In this document: positions 27,351-35,237 of the stretch, in pieces
Layout of the letters: every line of letters starts with the position of its first letter
Position numbering within the stretch: position 1 is the stretch's first letter
Position numbers and translations under genes: made by a program
Source of the DNA: an uncultured Eubacteriales bacterium
GTDB lineage: Bacteria; Bacillota; Clostridia; Lachnospirales; JAISER01
Assembly: GCA_964545475.1 (NCBI GenBank)
Contig: CAZJGG010000008.1
Span: 666-64,665, forward strand
Direction: 5' to 3'
Length of the DNA stretch: 64,000 nt
Notes under the pieces: generated by a model
Databases searched by the model: none
What the model was told of the DNA's origin: nothing
What the model saw: the letters and a program-made list of their open reading frames with translations, nothing else

Positions 27351-29559
27351 AAAACTTACATTAACTTTTTTAACTGCTTTTATTTTTACATTTTTTTCTA
27401 TACAATCGGTTTTTGCAACATTTGCTACTTATATACCTTTTGATGGAAGTGAGCCAAATCCTACCGTGATTCCGACGGAATCCCCGTCTCAACCAAAAAT
27501 TAGTGTAACTTCACCTTTAAACCATACGTTTAAAGCCGGAGAAACTAGGACAATTAAAGTTACGGTGAAAAATATCGGTACAAAATATGCCAATTCTTTT
27601 ATTGCCCAGGCTTCTAGCCCGGAATCCGGCATAACAGCAAACATTACTACAAACACAAATGAAATACCGTATATATATGAGGGTAGCAGTTATACTTTTG
27701 ATTTAAAAATTTCAGCTGATAAATCCCTTAAAGAAGGAACTTATAACGTAACGTTAAAATATTTGTACAAAAACGAGATCAAAGAAAATTTTGAAAGCTC
27801 TGATACACTTTATATAAAAATTACAAACCCTATTGAAGAGGCGAACCTTTATATTGATAAAGCCGCTGTCAGCAAAAACGTGTTAATGCCGGGAGACACC
27901 TTTGATATAGCCGGTATTTTAGTTAACTCCGGCGGAAAAGATGCTGAAAACGTTCAAATCACATTTGACGGCTTAGGTAGCGACAGAATTAATTTATTAA
28001 ACTCGGATAAAACAAATTTTAATACTGTAAAAGCAGGTGAAAAAATAAATTTAAACTACCGCTTTTCAATTTATAATAAATTAAAAGAGGGAACTTACCC
28101 AGTAGTATTTAAAATTCAATATAAAATATCAGACGGAACTTTAAAAGATTACAGCTATACCCAATATATTAACGTGTCCGACGGCAAATCCCAAAGTGAT
28201 AAAAAGGCCGTTGTGGAAATAATATCCGCCCAAGCTCCACAAGGAGTTTTAAACGTTGGAGATTTATTTACTGTTAATGTTACACTTCAAAATAATGGTA
28301 AGACCGATGCAACAAACGTTAAAATTACAGCAGTTGTTGATAAAGAGGGCGCAGTTGTTCCTAAATCTTCAAACACTAAGGTTATAGATAAAATGCCTGT
28401 TGGAGCTTCGGAAAGGCTTTCATTCTCTTTTTCGCCGACGTCTTTGTCAAAAAGCCAGAATTATGTTATTAACTTTAATGTAACATACGAAACAGGTTTT
28501 GAAAAGACTGATGAAACTATGGAAACTCTTTCTGTTGACCAATACGTGGGTGTAAACGTTGTAAACCCAAAAGCGGACAAAGACGAAGAGGACAGCAAAA
28601 AAATAAGTAAGCCAAAAATTATTATTCAAAGCTATGAATGCGACCCACAAATTGTTAAGGCAGGGCAAAATTTTAATTTAAAAATGGTCTTCCAAAACAC
28701 CCATAAATCAAAAACTATCGAAAATATTAAAGCAACAATTGCGGCAACGGAAGCGGACAATAACCCTAATGATAAAAAAGGCAACACATTTATGCCGGTA
28801 GACGGCAGTAACACATTTTATATTGATTCTATTGCTCCAAAAGCAACAAGCAGCAAAGATTTTGTTATGTTTACAATACCCGATGCAGACCCAAGAACTT
28901 ATACGTTAACTGTTAAGTTTAAATATCAGGATGCTGATTTTAACGAATACGAAGAGGAAGAAATAATCGGTATAACTGTTAAACAAGTTACAAAGCTGGA
29001 TGTTGGAAATATAATTGTACCGGAAACCGGCATGCCAGGGGACATTATTAACATTAACTTTAACCTTATGAATACCGGGAAATCCCCTTTAAATAACTTA
29101 ACTGCAAAAGCAAGAGGTAATTTCGACGACAAAAATTCAATGATGTATTTCGGAACGCTTAACAAAAGCGCATCTGCATATTATGATGCTGAAATAACAT
29201 TAACAGAGCCCGGCAAACAAACAGGAGAAATTGTAATAACTTATGAAGACGAAGTTGGGGAAGTAACGGAAATTGTAAAAGAATTCGCAATTGATGTTAT
29301 GGAAATGGGTGCAATGCCGGACGGCATGATGGGCTCGGATCAAATGGGTTTTGGAGGCCCTGTTGCTATAGGCCCTGACGGTATGCCTATGGATATGCAA
29401 ATGGGCATGGACGGAGCAATGCCACCTCAAGGCGGAATTATGAGGATTGTTAAAAACCCTTGGGTTATTGGCGGTATTGTAATTGTTATATTAATTGGCG
29501 CAGTTGTTGCTGTTAAAATCCATAATAAGAGAAGAAAGGAAAAGCTGGCCGATGAGTAG
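27337..29559 (+). CDS. Surface protein with five CARDB-like beta-sandwich repeats, a Met/Gly-rich stalk and a C-terminal TM anchor
   Basis: It has a signal peptide. A module G(D/E)T..(I/V).V.(V/L).N.G...A.N(V/L) recurs five times (e.g. FKAGETRTIKVTVKNIGTKYANS, LMPGDTFDIAGILVNSGGKDAENV, LNVGDLFTVNVTLQNNGKTDATNV). The C-terminal anchor is VIGGIVIVILIGAVVAV followed by KIHNKRRKEK. Confidence 0.7.
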   Translation: MKLSKKLTLTFLTAFIFTFFSIQSVFATFATYIPFDGSEPNPTVIPTESPSQPKISVTSPLNHTFKAGETRTIKVTVKNIGTKYANSFIAQASSPESGITANITTNTNEIPYIYEGSSYTFDLKISADKSLKEGTYNVTLKYLYKNEIKENFESSDTLYIKITNPIEEANLYIDKAAVSKNVLMPGDTFDIAGILVNSGGKDAENVQITFDGLGSDRINLLNSDKTNFNTVKAGEKINLNYRFSIYNKLKEGTYPVVFKIQYKISDGTLKDYSYTQYINVSDGKSQSDKKAVVEIISAQAPQGVLNVGDLFTVNVTLQNNGKTDATNVKITAVVDKEGAVVPKSSNTKVIDKMPVGASERLSFSFSPTSLSKSQNYVINFNVTYETGFEKTDETMETLSVDQYVGVNVVNPKADKDEEDSKKISKPKIIIQSYECDPQIVKAGQNFNLKMVFQNTHKSKTIENIKATIAATEADNNPNDKKGNTFMPVDGSNTFYIDSIAPKATSSKDFVMFTIPDADPRTYTLTVKFKYQDADFNEYEEEEIIGITVKQVTKLDVGNIIVPETGMPGDIININFNLMNTGKSPLNNLTAKARGNFDDKNSMMYFGTLNKSASAYYDAEITLTEPGKQTGEIVITYEDEVGEVTEIVKEFAIDVMEMGAMPDGMMGSDQMGFGGPVAIGPDGMPMDMQMGMDGAMPPQGGIMRIVKNPWVIGGIVIVILIGAVVAVKIHNKRRKEKLADE

Positions 29560-30955
29560 CATTGACTTATTCACAATGGCAATACGCAATCTGTTTAAGC
29601 GGAAAGTTCGGACTTCGCTAACGATTTTAGGCGTTGTTATTGGAACGGCTTCAATTGTTATAATGATTTCGCTAGGGCTTGCCATGAATAAGACTTTCGA
29701 GGAGCAATTGGCAAACCTTGGAGACTTGACTGTTATAAACGTTTATAATTACGGCGGAGGCGGCGGCATGATGATGGGTGGCGGCGTTATGGTATCCTAC
29801 GGCGGCTCGTCTAACAAAAAGCAGATTATACTTGATAAAAATGCAATATCAACAATGGGGAAATTTCCGGGGGTTGTTGCTGCAACGCCTATTATGGAAT
29901 ATTATATTACCCTTTCATCAGGGAAGTTTGCCGCACCTTATGTTAACATAATGGGTATAGACCCCGAAGCAATGGGGCCTTTGGGGTACAATGTAAGCGA
30001 AGGCAGAATATTAAATGAAAATGATAAATTTAATATAATTTTTGGCACGGAGGTTGTAAGAAGCTATTTCTTTAACCCTAAAAAAACCCAATGGCCAGAC
30101 CCATCTAAACCAATTAATATGGAACCTTTGAAGACAAGGTTAAAAGCTTCGGGAGACTGGCGCTTTTACAGCGAAATTATGGGGTATGATCAGGGAGAGG
30201 ATAACAGTAACATTCCCATTAAAACATATGACGCAAAAGTAGTTGGAGTTTTAGAACCAAAAGGATACCCGGCAGATGGCTCAATTATAATGAATATAAA
30301 TTATTTAACAAAACTTAAAGCGGATATTGAAAAAGCCCAGCAAGCTTTAAACAGCGAATACGGCTGGAGTCAGGGAACAGGAAATAAGCGTGAAACAGGT
30401 TACCAGCGTGCTCTTGTAAAATGTACTGACCTAGAGTCGGTAAAAAAAGTAAAAGTAATGATTGAACAAATGGGCTTTACGGCGGAAATTCCGTCTCAAA
30501 GCTTAGACTCAATGGAAAATATTGCAAAAAGCTTACAATCATTATTAGGTGCAATAGGAGCGGTTTCGTTTTTCGTTGCGGCTCTTGGTATTGCCAACAC
30601 AATGATTACTGCAATATATGAAAGAACAAGGGAAATCGGCATTATGAAAGTTATCGGGGCAACATTACCTGATATTAAAAAACTGTTTTTGCTTGAATCT
30701 TCATTAATCGGCTTGTTTGGTGGTATATTTGGTGTGTTAATAAGTATGCTGGCATCAAACTTAATGAATTCCTACAATTTGCGGCTTTTTTCATCAATTC
30801 AGGAATTTGCCATGCAAACTACGGTGTCTTTAATAACTCCAGAATTGTGCGGCATGGCTGTTCTTTTCGCCACGCTTATGGGGCTTTTCGCAGGATATTT
30901 GCCTGCCGACAGAGCGATGAGGTTATCGGCGCTTTCGGCAATCGGTGCGGAATAA
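29552..30955 (+). CDS. ABC transporter permease, MacB/FtsX family
   Basis: Its ATG overlaps the previous stop by 8 nt. It has the N-terminal AIRNLFKRKVRTSLTILGVVIG motif, a large extracytoplasmic domain, and a C-terminal FtsX 3-TM module (ERTREIGIMKVIGA). Confidence 0.88.
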   Translation: MSSIDLFTMAIRNLFKRKVRTSLTILGVVIGTASIVIMISLGLAMNKTFEEQLANLGDLTVINVYNYGGGGGMMMGGGVMVSYGGSSNKKQIILDKNAISTMGKFPGVVAATPIMEYYITLSSGKFAAPYVNIMGIDPEAMGPLGYNVSEGRILNENDKFNIIFGTEVVRSYFFNPKKTQWPDPSKPINMEPLKTRLKASGDWRFYSEIMGYDQGEDNSNIPIKTYDAKVVGVLEPKGYPADGSIIMNINYLTKLKADIEKAQQALNSEYGWSQGTGNKRETGYQRALVKCTDLESVKKVKVMIEQMGFTAEIPSQSLDSMENIAKSLQSLLGAIGAVSFFVAALGIANTMITAIYERTREIGIMKVIGATLPDIKKLFLLESSLIGLFGGIFGVLISMLASNLMNSYNLRLFSSIQEFAMQTTVSLITPELCGMAVLFATLMGLFAGYLPADRAMRLSALSAIGAE

Positions 30956-31050
30956 GTCTTGCATTTGCTACTAATCAATATTATAATAACTCATGTGTTA
31001 ATGCTTCTTGAAGAAATTTTAATGAAGTATATTGATTAGGGGGCAAGTAT

Positions 31051-31617
31051 ATGAAAAATAAAATAAAAACCGTTATAATAACGGGTCTGTGTGTTTGTGG
31101 GCTGGCAACACAGCTTTCAGCAGCCCAAGCGCAGCCCGGCAGCGCAGAAGATCCATTAGTTACAAAAAGTTATGTAGACGGAAAAATTAGCCAGATAACT
31201 GGAGTTAGTCCGTCTACAGGCACATCTTCTTCAAGCGGTAATGAAGCTATAGTTAACGATGTTTTAGCTCAGCTTGAAATTATTTACGGTATAAGTAAAA
31301 AAGTTGGGACAGGCAGTGCAAACACATCAAGCTCAAGCTCAAAGCCAGAGGGTGAAGCTTTTGAACCAGTTTTTGCATCCGCAGGGCAAATTGTAGTTGG
31401 GCTCGAGGGGGCAGAAATTATTTTGCGAAGTGGCAAAGCTGTTGCGTATTGCCCGGGAGAAAATGGTGTTATTAATGTTTCAAAAGGGATAGACTTAAAA
31501 AATGGTGACGAGGTAGACCTTAACAACATGTTAATTGTGCCCCGGTCAGACGGACGGGGAATTTCCGCCACAACTGATATTTGGGTAATTATTAAAGGCG
31601 GTTACGAAATTAAATAA
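31051..31617 (+). CDS. Secreted hypothetical protein (Ser-rich linker)
   Basis: A GGGGG RBS precedes it. It has a signal peptide ending AAQA-QP. I recognised no domain. Confidence 0.7.
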   Translation: MKNKIKTVIITGLCVCGLATQLSAAQAQPGSAEDPLVTKSYVDGKISQITGVSPSTGTSSSSGNEAIVNDVLAQLEIIYGISKKVGTGSANTSSSSSKPEGEAFEPVFASAGQIVVGLEGAEIILRSGKAVAYCPGENGVINVSKGIDLKNGDEVDLNNMLIVPRSDGRGISATTDIWVIIKGGYEIK

Positions 31618-31627
31618 AGGAGAAATT

Positions 31628-34417
31628 ATGAAAAACAAATTGTGTAAGTTTGTAAGCGCAATTATAACTTCAGTAGTTTTAATTAGCTCGTTAAATATAA
31701 ATGCGTTTGCTGTTACTTATTTTGAAAATGTGGAAAGGGAAATTTTAGGCAGGGCAATGAGCACAGAAGTTGTGCGCTCGGTTACGGATAAAGGAATGCT
31801 TGACGTTTATGTTTTGCGTGTGCCCACAGGAGACCCATATATTAAAATTAAACCTGTAGAATCTGCTAAGGAAAGCCAGCTTAAAGAGCCGACTTCTGTA
31901 ATTTTACAGGAAAACGGCGCAATAGCCGGTGTAAATGGGGATTTCTTTAATTTATCTGGGGCGTATTCAGCACCAATTGGAGCATTTGTTTCAGACGGCA
32001 AAATAAAAGTTGTAGATAGTGTTACAAACGTTGATAAAAACAGCTTTGCTACTCTTTTTGTCGGCAAGGACGGAAACCCTTTAATTAGATACATAAAATC
32101 AGAAACTGTTTTTTTAGTTGAAGGTTCTGAAAAAATTAAAGTTTATACAATAAATAAATTAAGAGATTTATCTCAACCGGTTTATGTAGACCGTAATTAT
32201 GCAAACGATACTCAAAAAATAGATGCTCAATTTCCCGGGTTATCAAAAGTTGTTGTAGACAAAGGCGTTATAACAAAAATTGCAAAAAACGGCGAAGTTG
32301 TTGAAATACCAGAAAACGGATTTGTTGTGCTCATAAAGAAAGAATCATCCGATTATTTCACTTCTCTTGTTTCTATAGGGCAAAAGGCAAGTATTTCTGT
32401 AAAATCCTATGTTGACTTTTCCCAAATGGAAGCGGCTATAGGGGGAGGCGGAAAAATTTTAACAGAGGGCAAGCTTGCGGCGGACGAAGGTTACGTTCCC
32501 GGGGGCAGGCAACCAAGAACTGCTGTTGGATATAACAAAGAGAAAACAGAAATGATTTTAATGGTTGTAGACGGCAGAAGCCATTCAATCGGCGCATCAC
32601 AAGCCGAAATGGCGGAGCTTATGTTAAAATACGGAGCATATGAGGCAATGAACTTTGACGGCGGCGGTTCTTCTACTTTTGCGGTAAAAAACAAAGGGGA
32701 GAGCACTGTAAAAACAATAAACACGCCGTCGGAGGGAAGAGAGCGTAAAGTTGTTAATGCTCTTGGCATTTTTTACGATGCACCTCCCCAACAGCCAACT
32801 TCTATTACCGTAAAGCCGGCAGAAGAACGAGTTTTTAAAGGAACAGGTATACCTGTAAACATTTTCGGCATTGACCAGTATTTTAACACAATACTGTTAG
32901 ACAGCGCTCAAATGGGCTTTGCTTGCGACGATGGCGGTGCAAAATATGAAAACGGATACTTTTTCCCAAGCGTTACAGGTGATATTAACTTAATTGCCAC
33001 TTTTTCTGGAACTGAGGGAACAGGCAAGGTTGTGTCTAAAGAGCTTGCGCAAATTATTCCTGCTAAAAATAATATAAACACAGGGGTAGGGGGCAGGCAG
33101 GTTCTTGAATTTACAGGAAAAAGTACTGACGGATATAACGCTTACATTTATAAAGGTGTATTTTGTGAAGTTGTGCCTAACACATTAGGGCATATTGAGG
33201 GTAACGAATTTGTTGCGGATAGTCTTGGCGCAGGTTACATTAAATGCAGTGTTGGTAATGTTACATCGTATATTGACGTAAACGTAGGTTATCAAAATGT
33301 GCAGTTAACAAGCTTTGAAAACAATATACCGATTAATTCTACAGTTTACCCGGCAGGACCTACAGCAAGCTCTTATTATACAGAGCAAACTGTTTCCGAC
33401 GGTAAATTCGCAGTAAAAATGGATTATAACTTTGTTCAAAGCGAAATTACGCAAGCGGCATACACAATATTTTCAACGCCCATTCAGCTTAAACAAGGAG
33501 CTATAAGCTTAAAGCTTTCTGTTTTTGGGGATAATTCAAGCCATTGGCTTCGGGCAAGGCTTCTTGATGCAGACGGCAATGAAAGCATGGTGGACTTGGC
33601 TAAAGCAGTGGACTGGGAGGGCTGGAAAGAACTTACAGTTACGCTTCCGGAAGGAATAAAACAGCCTGTAAGCCTTGAAAGAATTTACGCTGTAAGCCTT
33701 TCAAACCCACAACTTACAAGCAATTCACTTATTTTTGATAATTTAGGCTGTACAATGCTTGTTAAATACGATAAAGTGCAGCACCCACAAGATTCTTTAT
33801 ATATGGATAAAGTTAAGGTGGATTTAAACACACCGTCAAAAACAGGTTATGATATAACTGTTATAGGCGATGTTTCAATGTTAACAGACAAGAAACCGGA
33901 AAATTATGTTAAAGAGCAAAGCAATTTAATAAATAGCGCTAAAAAGAACTCAAAAGGATTAATTATTGCAGGAAGCAATGACGTTAATGAGGATAGCGCA
34001 TCATTTTTATGGAAAAACTTTTACCAGATGAAAGAACTTACAGACGCTTCGGTTATTAGCGTTTCCGGCGAAAAAGGCGGTATTTCTCTTACAAGCCCAG
34101 GACAATACGGATATTTTCCTAAAGACATAGAAAAAAGCGAGAAAAAGGTTATTATTGTTACAATAGACAAAAGCCCATTAAACTTTACTCACTTTAAGGA
34201 ATACGAACTTTTCCAGAGCGTTATGGAAAAAGCAGTAAAAGCAGGAAAAAGTGTGTTTGTAGTAAGCTCCGAGGGTAACACAAACTCGGTTAATACAAGA
34301 AACGGCGTGCGTTATATTAATTTAGGCGGGCTTTGGGATAAAGACGGAAAACCTGTAAAAGCCAATATATTAAAAATACGCATAGAGCCCGAAGGTGTTA
34401 ATTTCGATATTCAATGA
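31628..34417 (+). CDS. Phosphodiester glycosidase family (NAGPA/DUF2233) secreted multidomain protein
   Basis: It has a signal peptide and the motifs GVNGDFF and NFDGGGSST characteristic of the phosphodiester glycosidase domain, plus a ~550-aa C-terminal extension. Confidence 0.7.
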   Translation: MKNKLCKFVSAIITSVVLISSLNINAFAVTYFENVEREILGRAMSTEVVRSVTDKGMLDVYVLRVPTGDPYIKIKPVESAKESQLKEPTSVILQENGAIAGVNGDFFNLSGAYSAPIGAFVSDGKIKVVDSVTNVDKNSFATLFVGKDGNPLIRYIKSETVFLVEGSEKIKVYTINKLRDLSQPVYVDRNYANDTQKIDAQFPGLSKVVVDKGVITKIAKNGEVVEIPENGFVVLIKKESSDYFTSLVSIGQKASISVKSYVDFSQMEAAIGGGGKILTEGKLAADEGYVPGGRQPRTAVGYNKEKTEMILMVVDGRSHSIGASQAEMAELMLKYGAYEAMNFDGGGSSTFAVKNKGESTVKTINTPSEGRERKVVNALGIFYDAPPQQPTSITVKPAEERVFKGTGIPVNIFGIDQYFNTILLDSAQMGFACDDGGAKYENGYFFPSVTGDINLIATFSGTEGTGKVVSKELAQIIPAKNNINTGVGGRQVLEFTGKSTDGYNAYIYKGVFCEVVPNTLGHIEGNEFVADSLGAGYIKCSVGNVTSYIDVNVGYQNVQLTSFENNIPINSTVYPAGPTASSYYTEQTVSDGKFAVKMDYNFVQSEITQAAYTIFSTPIQLKQGAISLKLSVFGDNSSHWLRARLLDADGNESMVDLAKAVDWEGWKELTVTLPEGIKQPVSLERIYAVSLSNPQLTSNSLIFDNLGCTMLVKYDKVQHPQDSLYMDKVKVDLNTPSKTGYDITVIGDVSMLTDKKPENYVKEQSNLINSAKKNSKGLIIAGSNDVNEDSASFLWKNFYQMKELTDASVISVSGEKGGISLTSPGQYGYFPKDIEKSEKKVIIVTIDKSPLNFTHFKEYELFQSVMEKAVKAGKSVFVVSSEGNTNSVNTRNGVRYINLGGLWDKDGKPVKANILKIRIEPEGVNFDIQ

Positions 34418-35151
34418 GGTGTAATGTGAAAACGGTTTTAGTAACTGGGTCGTCAAGAGGAATAGGTCTTGCAATAGCAGAAAAATTTGCCTTAAACGGT
34501 TATAAGGTTGTATTAAATTGCATTAAAAATGACGTGCTAATGAATGAGCAGGTTTTAAGGCTTTCAAAATTTAATAAAAATATTATAGGCCTTAAGGCTG
34601 ATGTTTCAGATTACGAAAGCGTTGTATCATTGCAGCAGAGAATTAGTGAGAAATTTGGAAATGTGGATATTTTAATAAATAATGCCGGCATAGCTTATGC
34701 CGGCTTATTTTCCCTTATGAAACCCGAGGAATGGAGAAGATTAACAGAGGTAAATTTTTATTCGGTTTTAAACTGCTGCAATGTATTTTCAGAAGACATG
34801 ATTAGTAAAAAAAGTGGCGTAATAATAAATATTTCTTCAATTTGGGGGCAGCAAGGCGCTTCCTGCGAAGTTGTTTATTCCGCAACAAAAGGGGCAGTTG
34901 ACAGCTTTACAAAAGCTCTTGCCCAGGAGCTTGCACCATCCAATGTTAGGGTAAACGCTGTTTCCTTCGGCGCAATAGACACAGAGATGAATGATAACCT
35001 TTCATTAGAAGAAAAGTTAGAATTTGCAGAGGAAATACCCCTTAAAAGGTTTGGTAAAGTTAGTGAAGCGGCGGCGGCGGCATATTTTTTAGCCCAAGAC
35101 GAATCGGCTTATATTACAGGGCATATACTAACTGTTAGCGGTGGCGTATAA
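34414..35151 (+). CDS. Short-chain dehydrogenase/reductase (FabG-like)
   Basis: It has TGSSRGIG, NNAG and YSATKGA motifs. The start is either ATG 34414 (an ATGA overlap) or GTG 34426 after GAGGTG. Confidence 0.85.
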   Translation: MRCNVKTVLVTGSSRGIGLAIAEKFALNGYKVVLNCIKNDVLMNEQVLRLSKFNKNIIGLKADVSDYESVVSLQQRISEKFGNVDILINNAGIAYAGLFSLMKPEEWRRLTEVNFYSVLNCCNVFSEDMISKKSGVIINISSIWGQQGASCEVVYSATKGAVDSFTKALAQELAPSNVRVNAVSFGAIDTEMNDNLSLEEKLEFAEEIPLKRFGKVSEAAAAAYFLAQDESAYITGHILTVSGGV

Positions 35152-35155
35152 TAAA

Positions 35156-35204
35156 AACAGGACTAATTATGAAGGTTAAAACTTCATAATTAGTCCTGTT
35201 TTTT
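35156..35204. terminator. Bidirectional terminator (19-bp stem) between convergent operons
   Basis: An AACAGGACTAATTATGAAG-gttaaaa-CTTCATAATTAGTCCTGTT stem is flanked by A and T runs. Confidence 0.85.
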
Positions 35205-35237
35205 ACTTAAATTTTAGAATTAGTTTTGTTTTTCGTG

